Source of the DNA: Lingula anatina
Lineage: Eukaryota; Animalia; Brachiopoda
DNA: 64,000 nucleotides
Direction of reading: 5' to 3'
NCBI GenBank assembly: GCA_051362555.1
Contig: CM120641.1
Coordinates: 31,316,401 to 31,380,400, forward strand
The translations under genes were made by a program, and so were the position numbers. The notes under the pieces are model-generated. The model saw only the letters and a program-made list of their open reading frames with translations, ran no database searches and had not been told where the DNA came from. Each line of letters starts with the position of its first letter. The stretch's first letter is position 1. Positions 22,035 to 37,528 of this stretch are shown here, piece by piece.

Positions 22035-25000
22035 GTAATTTGTCACCTCTTACACAAACAAACTCAAATCATAACATTTGATGTTTAATATGAAGCTAAT
22101 TAGATGTTGTGAAATTGAAAAAAAAAATGTTTTTGATAATTCTCAGTCTTCTCATACAAAATGTCAATAAGCTACACTTCTATTACACACAGTCAGCTGA
22201 TAAGCTTATCACAGATTTTTATTATTGTAAAGTATCATTTGTCCAAATTCCACAAATAATGGACAAGATTTGTCAAAATTATTAACGTTTAACTATTTTA
22301 TACCTTGGAATTTGGCAGTCTTTTCAGTGATATTTTCAGTTTTCTCAAATATATTGTCCAAAAAAAAAAAAAAAAAAAATCTTTTTCATTGAACCCAGTC
22401 AACTGATGAGCTTATCGCAGATTTTTTATTGATCTTAGGAATTATTTGTACAAATTTCACAAATATTGGACAAGATTTGTGAAAATTATTAACGTTTAAC
22501 TATTTTATACCTTGGAATTTGGCAGTCTTTTCAGTGATATTTTCAGTTTTCTCAAATATATTGTCCAAAAAAAAAAAAAAAATCTTTTTCATTGAACCCA
22601 GTCAACTGATGAGCTTATCACAGATTTTTATTGTTGTTATGCATCATCTATCCAAATTTCACAAATATTAGACAAGATTTGTGAAAATTATTAACGTTTA
22701 ACTATTTTAAGCCTTGGAATTTGGCAGTCTTTTCAATGTCATTTTCGGTTTTCTCACATTTATATGCTCTGAAAAATGTTTTTCATGAGATGCAGTCAAC
22801 TGATGAGCTTATCACAGATTTTTGTTATTGCTAAGCATCATCTCTCCAAATTTCACAAATATTGAACAAGTTTTGTGAAAATTATTAATATTTAACTATT
22901 TTAAGGCACAGCATTTTGCAGTCTTTTCAGTTTCATTTTCAATTTTCTCAATTTTATTGTCCAAAAAAAAATCTTTTTAATGAGACACAGTCAACTGATG
23001 AGCTTATCACAGATTTTTATTGTTGTTATGCATCATCTATCCAAATTTCACAAATATTAGACAAGATTTGTGAAAATTATTAACGTTAAACTATTTTAAG
23101 CCATGGAATTTGGCAGTCTTTTCAATGTCATTTTCAGTTTTCTCACATTTATATGTTCTGAAAAATGTTTTTCATGAAACACAGTCAACTGATGAGCTTA
23201 TCACAGATTTTTATTATTGTTATGCATCATCTGTCCAAATTTCACAAATATTAGACAAGATTTGTGAAAATTATTAACGTTTAACTATTTTCAGGCACCG
23301 CATTTTGCAGTCTTTTCAATGTCATTTTCAGTTTTCTCACATTTATATGTTCTGAAAAATGTTTTTCATGAAACACAGTCAACTGATGAGCTTATCACAT
23401 ATTTTTATTATTGTTATGCATCATCTGTCCAAATTTCACAAATATTAGACAAGATTTGTGAAAATTATTAACCTTTAACTATTTTAAGCCATGGAATTTG
23501 GCAGTCGTTTCAGTGTTATTTTCAGTTTTCTCAAATTTATTGTCCAAAAAAAATCTTTTTCATGAGACACAGTCAACTGATGAGCTTATCGCAGATTTTT
23601 ATTGTTGTTATGCATCATCTATCCAAATTTCACAAATATTAGACAAGATTTACGAAAATTATTAACGTTTAACTATTTTAAGCCATGGAATTTGGCAGTC
23701 GTTTCAGTGTTATTTTCAGTTTTCTCAAATTAATTGTCCAAAAAAAATCTTTTTCATGAGACACAGTCAACTGATGAGCTCATCACAGATTTTTATTGTT
23801 GATATGCATCATCTGTCCAAATTTCACAAATATTAGACAAGATTTGTGAAAATTATTAACGTTTAACTATTTTAAGGCATGGAATTTGGCAGTCTTTGCA
23901 ATGTCATTTTCAGTTTTTTCACATTTATATGCTCTGAAAAATGTTTTTCATGAAACACAGTCAACTGATGAGCTTATCACAGATTTTTATTATTGTTATG
24001 CATCATCTGTCCAAATTTCACAAATCTTGAACAAGATTTGTGAAAATTATTAACGTTTAACTATTTTAAGGCACCGCATTTTGCAGTCTTTTCAATGTCA
24101 TTTTCTGTTTTCTCAATTTTATTGTCCAAAAAAATCTTTTTTATGAGACACAGTCAACTGATGAGCTTATCACAGATTTTTATTGTTGTTATGCATCATC
24201 TATCCAAATTTCACAAATATTAGACAAGATTTGTGAAAATTATTAACGTTTAACTATTTTAAGCCATGGAATTTGGCAGTCGTTTCAGTGTTATTTTCAG
24301 TTTTCTCAAATTTATTGTCCAAAAAAAATCTTTTTCATGAGACACAGTCAACTGATGAGCTTATCGCAGATTTTTATTGTTGTTATGCATCATCTATCCA
24401 AATTTCACAAATGTTAGACAAGATTTGTGAAAATTATTAACGTTTAACTATTTTAAGCCATGGAATTTGGCAGTCGTTTCAGTGTTATTTTCAGTTTTCT
24501 CAAATTAATTGTCCAAAAAAAATCTTTTTCATGAGACACAGTCTACTGATGAGCTTATCACAGATTTTTATTGTTGTTATGCATCATCTGTCCAAATTTC
24601 ACAAATCTTGAACAAGATTTGTGAAAATTATTAACGTTTAACTATTTCAAGCCATGGAATTTTGCAGTCTTTGCAATGTCATTTTCATTTTTTTCACATT
24701 TATATGCTCTGAAAAATGTTTTTCATGAAACACGGTCAACTGATGAGCTTATCACAGATTTTTATTATTGTTATGCATCATCTGTCCAAATTTCACAAAT
24801 CTGGAACAAGATTTGTGAAAATTATTAACGTTTAACTATTTTAAGGCACCGCATTTTGCAGTCTTTTCAATGTCATTTTCTGTTTTCTCAATTTTATTGT
24901 CCAAAAAAATCTTTTTTATGAGACACAGTCAACTGATGAGCTTATCACAGATTTTTATTGTTGATATGCATCATCTATCCAAATTTCACAAACATTAGAC

Positions 25001-28000
25001 AAGATTTGTGAAAATTATTAACGTTTAACTATTTTAAGCCATGGAATTTGGCAGTCTTTTCAATGTCATTTTCAGTTTTCTCACATTTATATGCCCTGAA
25101 AAATGTTTTTCATGAGATGCAGTCAACTGATGAGCTTATCACATATTTTTATTATTGTTAAGCATCATCTCTCCAAATTTCACAAATATTGAACAAGTTT
25201 TGTGAATATTATTAACATTTAACTATTTTAAGGCACCGCATTTTGCAGTCTTCTCAGTGTCATTTTCAATTTTCTCAAATTTATTGTCCAAAAAAATCTT
25301 TTTAATGAGACACAGTCAACTGATGAGCTTATCACAGATTTGTATTGTTGTTATGCATCATCTATCCAAATTTCACAAATATTAAACAAGATTTGTGAAA
25401 ATTATTAATGTTTAACTATTTTAAGCCATGGAATTTGGCAGTCTTTTCAATGTCATTTTCAGTTTTCTCACATTTATATGCTCTGAAAAATGTTTTTCAT
25501 GAGACATATTCAATTGATGAGCTTATCACAGATTTTTATTATTGTTATGCATCATCTGTCTAAATTTCACAAATATTGAACAAGTTTTGTGAAAATTATT
25601 AACGTTTAACTATTTTAAGGCACCGCATTTTGCAGTCTTCTCAGTGTCATTTTCAATTTTCTCAAATTAATTGTCCAAAAAAATCTTTTAAGTGAGACAC
25701 AGTCGACTGATGAGCTTATCACAGATTTGTATTGTTGTTTTGCCTCATCTATCTAAATTTCACAAATATTAGACAAGATTTGTGAAAATTATTAACGTTA
25801 AACTATTTTAAGCCATGGAATTTGGCAGTCTTTTCAATGTCATTTTCAGTTTTCTCAAATTTATATGTTCTGAAAATGTCCCTTTTATTAGACATAGTCA
25901 ACTGTTTAGGTTAAGTTTATCAAAATTATTTTTCTACTATTTTAATGTGGGAAATTTGTCAATTTTTAGAATTCAATTTTCACTTTTATCAAACATATTG
26001 TTCTTTTTCTAGGTGACCTTTTCCATACAGCGTGATGGATTTTTTGGTGAACTGATTCTTCCTGTCTGGTCAGGGCTAATTCCTATAGGAAAAACAGACA
26101 GCAAAAGACAACAGCAAGAGCAATGCTATGTCTCATCCATGTGTACAATAGATGGTATATGGCAAGCTTTAGGACATTGTCAAATGGTGTGCTAAACCCT
26201 ATTCCAGAAACCGATTGTAAGGAGGAATCTGCATCTGGTTTTGGTAGTAAGGAGATGTCTTAAATGGGTATATATTCTTTTCTAGAGGACAATTATGGGT
26301 AATTTGTCACCTCTTACACAAACAAACTCAAATCATAATATTTGATGTTTAATGTGAGTCTAATTAGATGTTGTGAAATTGAAAAAAAAATATTGTAGAT
26401 AATTCTCACTCTTCGCATACAAAATGTCAGACAACTACAATTCTATCACACACTGTCAACTGTTAAGCTTATCACAGATTTTTGTTATTGCTAAGCATCA
26501 TCTCTCCAAATTTCACAAATATTGAACAAGTTTTGTGAAAATTATTAATATTTAACTATTTTAAGGCACCGCATTTTGCAGTCTTTTCAGTTTCATTTTC
26601 AATTTTCTCAATTTTATTGTCCAAAAAAAAAAAAATCTTTTTAATGAGACACAGTCAACTGATGAGCTTATCACAGATTTTTATTGTTGTTATGCATCAT
26701 CTATCCAAATTTCACAAATATTAGACAAGATTTGTGAAAATTATTAACGTTAAACTATTTTAAGCCATGGAATTTGGCAGTCTTTTCAATGTCATTTTCA
26801 GTTTTCTCAAATTTATATGTTCTGAAAATGTCCCTTTTATTAGACATAGTCAACTGTTTAGGTTAAGTTTATCAAAATTATTTTTCTACTATTTTAATGT
26901 GGGAAATTTGTCAATTTTTAGAATTCAATTTTCACTTTTATCAAACATATTGTTCTTTTTCTAGGTGACCTTTTCCATACAGCGTGATGGATTTTTTGGT
27001 GAACTGATTCTTCCTGTCTGGTCAGGGCTAATTCCTATAGGAAAAACAGACAGCAAAAGACAACAGCAAGAGCAATGCTATGTCTCATCCATGTGTACAA
27101 TAGATGGTATATGGCAAGCTTTAGGACATTGTCAAATGGTGTGCTAAACCCTATTCCAGAAACCGATTGTAAGGAGGAATCTGCATCTGGTATTGGTAGT
27201 AAGGAGATGTCTTAAATGGGTATATATTCTTTTCCAGAGGACAATTATGGGTAATTTGTCACCTCTTACACAAACAAACTCAAATCATAATATTTGATGT
27301 TTAATGTGAGTCTAATAAGATGTTGTGAAATTGAAAAAAAAATATTGTAGATAATTCTCACTCTTCGCATACAAAATGTCAGACAACTACAATTCTATCA
27401 CACACTGTCAACTGTTAAGCTTATCACAGATTTTTGTTATTGTTAAGCATCATCTCTCCAAATTTCACAAATATTGAACAAGTTTTGTGAAAATTATTAA
27501 CGTTAAACTATTTTAAGCCATGGAATTTGGCAGTCTTTTCAATGTCATTTTCAGTTTTTTCAGATTTATATGCTCTGAAAAATGTTTTTCATGAAACACA
27601 ATCAACTGATGAGCTTATCACAGATTTTTGTTATTGCTAAGCATCATCTCTCCAAATTTCACAAATATTGAACAAGTTTTGTGAAAATTATTAATATTTA
27701 ACTATTTTAAGGCACCGCATTTTGCAGTCTTTTCAGTTTCATTTTCAATTTTCTCAATTTTATTGTCCAAAAAAAAAAAATCTTTTTCATGAGACACAGT
27801 CAACTGATGAGCTTATCACAGATGTTTATTGTTGTTATGCATCATCTATCAAAATTTCACAAATATTAGACAAGAGTTGTGAAAATTATTAACGTTAAAC
27901 TATTTTAAGCCATGGAATTTGGCAGTCTTTTCAATGTCATTTTCAGTTTTCTCACATTTATATGCTCTGAAAAATGTTTTTCATGAAACACAGTCAACTG

Positions 28001-31000
28001 ATGAGCTTATCACAGATTTGTATTATTGTTATGCATCATCTGTCCAAATTTCACAAATATTAGACAAGATTTGTGAAAATTATTAATGTTTAACTATTTT
28101 AAGGCACCGCATTTTGCAGTCTTTTCAATGTCATTTTCCGTTTTTCTCAATTTTATTGTCCAAAAAAATCTTTTTTATGAGACACAGGCAACTGATGAGC
28201 TTATCACAGATTTTTATTGTTGTTATGCATCATCTATCCAAATTTCACAAATATTAGACAAGATTTGTGAAAATTATTAACGTTTAACTATTTTAAGCCA
28301 TGGAATTTGGCAGTCGTTTCAGTGTTATTTTCAGTTTTCTCAAATTTATTGTCCAAAAAAAATCTTTTTCATGAGACACAGTCAACTGATGAGCTTATCG
28401 CAGATTTTTATTGTTGTTATGCATCATCTATCCAAATTTCACAAATGTTAGACAAGATTTGTGAAAATTATTAACGTTTAACTATTTTAAGCCATGGAAT
28501 TTGGCAGTCGTTTCAGTGTTATTTTCAGTTTTCTCAAATTAATTGTCCAAAAAAATCTTTTTCATGAGACACAGTCTACTGATGAGCTTATCACAGATTT
28601 TTATTGTTGTTATGCATCATCTGTCCAAATTTCACAAATCTTGAACAAGATTTGTGAAAATTATTAACGTTTAACTATTTCAAGCCATGGAATTTTGCAG
28701 TCTTTGCAATGTCATTTTCATTTTTTTCACATTTATATGCTCTGAAAAATGTTTTTCATGAAACACGGTCAACTGATGAGCTTATCACAGATTTTTATTA
28801 TTGTTAAGCATCATCTCTCCAAATTTCACAAATATTGAACAAGTTTTGTGAATATTATTAACATTTAACTATTTTAAGGCACCGCATTTTGCAGTCTTCT
28901 CAGTGTCATTTTCAATTTTCTCAAATTTATTGTCCAAAAAAATCTTTTTAATGAGACACAGTCAACTGATGAGCTTATCACAGATTTGTATTGTTGTTAT
29001 GCATCATCTATCCAAATTTCACAAATATTAAACAAGATTTGTGAAAATTATTAATGTTTAACTATTTTAAGCCATGGAATTTGGCAGTCTTTTCAATGTC
29101 ATTTTCAGTTTTCTCACATTTATATGCTCTGAAAAATGTTTTTCATGAGACATATTCAATTGATGAGCTTATCACAGATTTTTATTATTGTTATGCATCA
29201 TCTGTCTAAATTTCACAAATATTGAACAAGTTTTGTGAAAATTATTAACGTTTAACTATTTTAAGGCACCGCATTTTGCAGTCTTCTCAGTGTCATTTTC
29301 AATTTTCTCAAATTAATTGTCCAAAAAAATCTTTTAAGTGAGACACAGTCGACTGATGAGCTTATCACAGATTTGTATTGTTGTTTTGCCTCATCTATCT
29401 AAATTTCACAAATGTTAGACAAGATTTGTGAAAGTTATTAACGATTAACTATTTCAAGCCATGGAATTTGGCAGTTTTTTCAATGTCATTTTCAGAATTT
29501 CTCAAATTTATATGTTCTGAAAATGTCCTTTTTATTAGACATAGTCAACTGTTTAGGATAAGTTTATCAAAATTATTGTTCAACTTTTTTAATGTGGGAA
29601 ATTTGTCAATTTTTAATATTCAATTTTCACTTTTATCAAACATATTGTTCTTTTTCTAGGTGACCTTTTCCATACAGCGTGATGGATTTTTTGGTGAACT
29701 GATTCTTCCTGTCTGGTCAGGGCTAATTCCTATAGAAAAAACAGACAGCAAAAGACAACAGCAAGAGCAATGCTATGTCTCATCCATGTGTACAATAGAT
29801 GGTATATGGCAAGCTTTAGGACATTGTCAAATGGTGTGCTAAACCCTATTCCAGAAACCGATTGTAAGGAGGAATCTGCATCTGGTATTGGTAGTAAGGA
29901 GATGTCTTAAATGGGTATATATTCTTTTCTAGAGGACAATTATGGGTAATTTGTCACCATTACACAAACAAACTCAAATCATAATATTTGATGTTTAATG
30001 TGAGTCTAATTAGATGTTGTGAAATTGAAAAAAAAAATATTGTAGATAATTCTCACTCTTCGCATACAAAATGTCAATCAACTACAATTCTATCACACAC
30101 TGTCAACTGTTAAGCTTATCACAGATTTTTGTTATTGTTAAGCATCATCTCTCCAAATTTCACAAATATTGAACAAGTTTTGTGAAAATTATTAACGTTA
30201 AACTATTTTAAGCCATGGAATTTGGCAGTCTTTTCAATGTCATTTTCAGTTTTTTCACATTTATATGCTCTGAAAAATGTTTTTCATGTAACACAATCAA
30301 CTGATGAGCTTATCACAGATTTTTATTATTGTTATGCATCATCTGTCCAAATTTCACAAATCTTGAACAAGATTTGTGAAAATTATTAACGTTAAACTAT
30401 TTTAAGCCATGGAATTTGGCAGTCTTTTCAATGTCATTTTCAGTTTTTTCACATTTATATTCTCTGAAAAATGTTTTTCATGTAACACAATCAACTGATG
30501 AGCTTATCACAGATTTTTATTATTATTATGCATCATCTGTCCAAATTTCACAAATCTTGAACAAGATTTGTGAAAATTATTAACGTTTAACTATTTTAAG
30601 GCACCGCATTTTGCAGTCTTTTCAATGTCATTTTCTGTTTTCTCAATTTAATTGTCCAAAAAAATCTTTTTCATGAGACACAGTCAACTGATGAGCTTAT
30701 CACAGATTTGTATTGTTGTTATGCATCATCTATCCAAATTTCACAAATATTAGACAAGATTTGTGAAAATTATTAACGTTTAACTATTTTAAGCCATGGA
30801 ATTTGGCAGTCTTTTCAATGTCATTTTCCGTTTTTCTCAATTTTATATGCTCTGAAAAATGTTTTTCATGAGATGCAGTCAACTGATGAGCTTATCACAG
30901 ATGTTTAATATTGTTATGCATCATCTGTCCAAATTTCACAAATATTGGACAAGATTTGTGAAAATTATTAACGTTTAACTATTTCAAGCCATGGATATTT

Positions 31001-31189
31001 GCAGTCTGTGCAATGTCATTTTCAGTATTTCTCAAATTTATATGTTCTGAAAATGTCCTTTTTATTAGACATAGTCAACTGTTTAGGTTAAGTTTATCAA
31101 AATTATTGTTCAACTTTTTTAATGTGGGAAATTTGTCAATTTTTAATATTCAATTTTCACTTTTATCAAACATATTGTTCTTTTTCTAG

Positions 31190-34100
31190 GTGACCTTTTC
31201 CATACAGCGTGATGGATTTTTTGGTGAACTGATTCTTCCTGTCTGGTCAGGGCTAATTCCTATAGAAAAAACAGACAGCAAAAGACAACAGCAAGAGCAA
31301 TGCTATGTCTCATCCATGTGTACAATAGATGGTATATGGCAAGCTTTAGGACATTGTCAAATGGTGTGCTAAACCCTATTCCAGAAACCGATTGTAAGGA
31401 GGAATCTGCATCTGGTATTGGTAGTAAGGAGATGTCTTAAATGGGTATATATTCTTTTCCAGAGGACAATTATGGGTAATTTGTCACCTCTTACACAAAC
31501 AAACTCAAAATATAATATTTGATGTTTAATGTGAGTCTAATTAGATGTTGTGAAATTGAAAAAAAAATATTGTAGATAATTCTCACTCTTCGCATACAAA
31601 ATGTCAGACAACTACAATTCTATCACACACTGTCAACTGTTAAGCTTATCACAGATTTTTGTTATTGCTAAGCATCATCTCTCCAAATTTCACAAATATT
31701 GAACAAGTTTTGTGAAAATTATTAATATTTAACTATTTTAAGGCACCGCATTTTGCAGTCTTTTCAGTTTCATTTTCAATTTTCTCAATTTTATTGTCCA
31801 AAAAAAAATCTTTTTAATGAGACACAGTCAACTGATGAGCTTATCACAGATTTTTATTGTTGTTATGCATCATCTATCCAAATTTCACAAATATTAGACA
31901 AGATTTGTGAAAATTATTAACGTTTAACTATTTTAAGCCATGGAATTTGGCAGTCGTTTCAATGTCATTTTCCGTTTTTCTCAAATTTATTGTCCAAAAA
32001 AAATCTTTTTCATGAGATGCAGTCAACTGATGAGCTTATCGCAGATTTTTATTGTTGTTATGCATCATCTATCCAAATTTCACAAATATTAGACAAGATT
32101 TACGAAAATTATTAACGTTTAACTATTTTAAGCCATGGAATTTGGCAGTCGTTTCAGTGTTATTTTCAGTTTTCTCAAATTAATTGTCCAAAAAAAATCT
32201 TTTTCATGAGACACAGTCAACTGATGAGCTTATCACAGATTTTTATTGTTGTTATGCATCATCTGTCCAAATTTCACAAATATTGAACAAGTTTTGTGAA
32301 AATTATTAACGTTAAACTATTTTAAGCCATGGAATTTTGCAGTCTTTGCAATGTCATTTTCAGTTTTTTCACATTTATATGCTCTCAAAAATGTTTTTCA
32401 TGAAACACAGTCAACTGATGAGCTTATCACAGATTTTTATTATTGTTATGCATCATCTGTCCAAATTTCACAAATCTTGAACAAGATTTGTGAAAATTAT
32501 TAACGTTTAACTATTTTAAGGCACCGCATTTTGCAGTCTTTTCAATGTCATTTTCTGTTTTCTCAATTTAATTGTCCAAAAAAATCTTTTTTATGAGACA
32601 CAGTCAACTGATGAGCTTATCACAGATTTTTATTGTTGTTATGCATCATCTATCCAAATTTCACAAATATTAGACAAGATTTGTGAAAATTATTAACGTT
32701 TAACTATTTTAAGCCATGGAATTTGGCAGTCTTTTCAATGTCATTTTCAGTTTTCTCAATTTAATTGTCCAAAAAAATCTTTTTCATGAGAAACAGTCAA
32801 CTGATGAGCTTATCACAGATTTGTATTGTTGTTATGCATCATCTATCCAAATTTCACAAATATTAGACAAGATTTGTGAAAATTATTAACGTTTAACTAT
32901 TTTAAGCCATGGAATTGGGCAGTCTTTTCAATGTCATTTTCAGTTTTTCTCAATTTTATATGCTCTGAAAAATGTTTTTCATGAGATGCAGTCAACTGAT
33001 GAGCTTATCACAGATGTTTAATATTGTTATGCATCATCTGTCCAAATTTCACAAATATTGGACAAGATTTGTGAAAATTATTAACGTTTAACTATTTCAA
33101 GCCATGGATATTTGCAGTCTGTGCAATGTCATTTTCAGTATTTCTCAAATTTATATGTTCTGAAAATGTCCTTTTTATTAGACATAGTCAACTGTTTAGG
33201 TTAAGTTTATCAAAATTATTGTTCAACTTTTTTAATGTGGGAAATTTGTCAATTTTTAATATTCAATTTTCACTTTTATCAAACATATTGTTCTTTTTCT
33301 AGGTGACCTTTTCCATACAGCGTGATGGATTTTTTGGTGAACTGATTCTTCCTGTCTGGTCAGGGCTAATTCCTATAGGAAAAACAGACAGCAAAAGACA
33401 ACAGCAAGAGCAATGCTATGTCTCATCCATGTGTACAATAGATGGTATATGGCAAGCTTTAGGACATTGTCAAATGGTGTGCTAAACCCTATTCCAGAAA
33501 CCGATTGTAAGGAGGAATCTGCATCTGGTATTGGTAGTAAGGAGATGTCTTAAATGGGTATATATTCTTTTCCAGAGGACAATTATGGGTAATTTGTCAC
33601 CTCTTACACAAACAAACTCAAAATATAATATTTGATGTTTAATGTGAGTCTAATTAGATGTTGTGAAATTGAAAAAAAAATATTGTAGATAGTTCTCACT
33701 CTTCGCATACAAAATGTCAGACAACTACAATTCTATCACACACTGTCAACTGTTAAGCTTATCACAGATTTTTGTTATTGCTAAGCATCATCTCTCCAAA
33801 TTTCACAAATATTGAACAAGTTTTGTGAAAATTATTAATATTTAACTATTTTAAGGCACCGCATTTTGCAGTCTTTTCAGTTTCATTTTCAATTTTCTCA
33901 ATTTTATTGTCCAAAAAAAAATCTTTTTAATGAGACACAGTCAACTGATGAGCTTATCACAGATTTTTATTGTTGTTATGCATCATCTATCCAAATTTCA
34001 CAAATATTAGACAAGATTTGTGAAAATTATTAACGTTTAACTATTTTAAGCCATGGAATTTGGCAGTCGTTTCAATGTCATTTTCCGTTTTTCTCAAATT

Positions 34101-37100
34101 TATTGTCCAAAAAAAATCTTTTTCATGAGATGCAGTCAACTGATGAGCTTATCGCAGATTTTTATTGTTGTTATGCATCATCTATCCAAATTTCACAAAT
34201 ATTAGACAAGATTTACGAAAATTATTAACGTTTAACTATTTTAAGCCATGGAATTTGGCAGTCGTTTCAGTGTTATTTTCAGTTTTCTCAAATTAATTGT
34301 CCAAAAAAAATCTTTTTCATGAGACACAGTCAACTGATGAGCTTATCACAGATTTTTATTGTTGTTATGCATCATCTGTCCAAATTTCACAAATATTGAA
34401 CAAGTTTTGTGAAAATTATTAACGTTAAACTATTTTAAGCCATGGAATTTTGCAGTCTTTGCAATGTCATTTTCAGTTTTTTCACATTTATATGCTCTCA
34501 AAAATGTTTTTCATGAAACACAGTCAACTGATGAGCTTATCACAGATTTTTATTATTGTTATGCATCATCTGTCCAAATTTCACAAATCTTGAACAAGAT
34601 TTGTGAAAATTATTAACGTTTAACTATTTTAAGGCACCGCATTTTGCAGTCTTTTCAATGTCATTTTCTGTTTTCTCAATTTAATTGTCCAAAAAAATCT
34701 TTTTTATGAGACACAGTCAACTGATGAGCTTATCACAGATTTTTATTGTTGTTATGCATCATCTATCCAAATTTCACAAATATTAGACAAGATTTGTGAA
34801 AATTATTAACGTTTAACTATTGTAAGCCATGGAATTTGGCAGTCTTTTCAATGTCATTTTCAGTTTTCTCAATTTAATTGTCCAAAAAAATCTTTTTCAT
34901 GAGACACAGTCAACTGATGAGCTTATCACAGATTTGTATTGTTGTTATGCATCATCTATCCAAATTTCACAAATATTAGACAAGATTTGTGAAAATTATT
35001 AACGTTTAACTATTTTAAGCCATGGAATTGGGCAGTCTTTTCAATGTCATTTTCAGTTTTTCTCAATTTTATATGCTCTGAAAAATGTTTTTCATGAGAT
35101 GCAGTCAACTGATGAGCTTATCACAGATGTTTAATATTGTTATGCATCATCTGTCCAAATTTCACAAATATTGGACAAGATTTGTGAAAATTATTAACGT
35201 TTAACTATTTCAAGCCATGGATATTTGCAGTCTGTGCAATGTCATTTTCAGTATTTCTCAAATTTATATGTTCTGAAAATGTCCTTTTTATTAGACATAG
35301 TCAACTGTTTAGGTTAAGTTTATCAAAATTATTGTTCAACTTTTTTAATGTGGGAAATTTGTCAATTTTTAATATTCAATTTTCACTTTTATCAAACATA
35401 TTGTTCTTTTTCTAGGTGACCTTTTCCATACAGCGTGATGGATTTTTTGGTGAACTGATTCTTCCTGTCTGGTCAGGGCTAATTCCTATAGGAAAAACAG
35501 ACAGCAAAAGACAACAGCAAGAGCAATGCTATGTCTCATCCATGTGTACAATAGATGGTATATGGCAAGCTTTAGGACATTGTCAAATGGTGTGCTAAAC
35601 CCTATTCCAGAAACCGATTGTAAGGAGGAATCTGCATCTGGTATTGGTAGTAAGGAGATGTCTTAAATGGGTATATATTCTTTTCCAGAGGACAATTATG
35701 GGTAATTTGTCACCTCTTACACAAACAAACTCAAAATATAATATTTGATGTTTAATGTGAGTCTAATTAGATGTTGTGAAATTGAAAAAAAAATATTGTA
35801 GATAGTTCTCACTCTTCGCATACAAAATGTCAGACAACTACAATTCTATCACACACTGTCAACTGTTAAGCTTATCACAGATTTTTGTTATTGCTAAGCA
35901 TCATCTCTCCAAATTTCACAAATATTGAACAAGTTTTGTGAAAATTATTAATATTTAACTATTTTAAGGCACCGCATTTTGCAGTCTTTTCAGTTTCATT
36001 TTCAATTTTCTCAATTTTATTGTCCAAAAAAAAATCTTTTTAATGAGACACAGTCAACTGATGAGCTTATCACAGATTTTTATTGTTGTTATGCATCATC
36101 TATCCAAATTTCACAAATATTAGACAAGATTTGTGAAAATTATTAACGTTTAACTATTTTAAGTCATGGAATTTGGCAGTCGTTTCAATGTCATTTTCCG
36201 TTTTTCTCAAATTTATTGTCCAAAAAAAATCTTTTTCATGAGATGCAGTCAACTGATGAGCTTATCGCAGATTTTTATTGTTGTTATGCATCATCTATCC
36301 AAATTTCACAAATATTAGACAAGATTTACGAAAATTATTAACGTTTAACTATTTTAAGCCATGGAATTTGGCAGTCGTTTCAGTGTTATTTTCAGTTTTC
36401 TCAAATTAATTGTCCAAAAAAAATCTTTTTCATGAGACACAGTCAACTGATGAGCTTATCACAGATTTTTATTGTTGTTATGCATCATCTGTCCAAATTT
36501 CACAAATATTGAACAAGTTTTGTGAAAATTATTAACGTTAAACTATTTTAAGCCATGGAATTTTGCAGTCTTTGCAATGTCATTTTCAGTTTTTTCACAT
36601 TTATATGCTCTCAAAAATGTTTTTCATGAAACACAGTCAACTGATGAGCTTATCACAGATTTTTATTATTGTTATGCATCATCTGTCCAAATTTCACAAA
36701 TCTTGAACAAGATTTGTGAAAATTATTAACGTTTAACTATTTTAAGGCACCGCATTTTGCAGTCTTTTCAATGTCATTTTCTGTTTTCTCAATTTAATTG
36801 TCCAAAAAAATCTTTTTTATGAGACACAGTCAACTGATGAGCTTATCACAGATTTTTATTGTTGTTATGCATCATCTATCCAAATTTCACAAATATTAGA
36901 CAAGATTTGTGAAAATTATTAACGTTTAACTATTGTAAGCCATGGAATTTGGCAGTCTTTTCAATGTCATTTTCAGTTTTCTCAATTTAATTGTCCAAAA
37001 AAATCTTTTTCATGAGACACAGTCAACTGATGAGCTTATCACAGATTTGTATTGTTGTTATGCATCATCTATCCAAATTTCACAAATATTAGACAAGATT

Positions 37101-37528
37101 TGTGAAAATTATTAACGTTTAACTATTTTAAGCCATGGAATTGGGCAGTCTTTTCAATGTCATTTTCAGTTTTTCTCAATTTTATATGCTCTGAAAAATG
37201 TTTTTCATGAGATGCAGTCAACTGATGAGCTTATCACAGATGTTTAATATTGTTATGCATCATCTGTCCAAATTTCACAAATATTGGACAAGATTTGTGA
37301 AAATTATTAACGTTTAACTATTTCAAGCCATGGATATTTGCAGTCTGTGCAATGTCATTTTCAGTATTTCTCAAATTTATATGTTCTGAAAATGTCCTTT
37401 TTATTAGACATAGTCAACTGTTTAGGTTAAGTTTATCAAAATTATTGTTCAACTTTTTTAATGTGGGAAATTTGTCAATTTTTAATATTCAATTTTCACT
37501 TTTATCAAACATATTGTTCTTTTTCTAG
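31190..37528 (+). repeat. Three near-identical 2113-bp higher-order repeats
   Basis: Cassette ORFs at 31190, 33303, 35416 and 37529 are spaced by exactly 2113 bp, with the same order of monomer variants. Confidence 0.95.
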
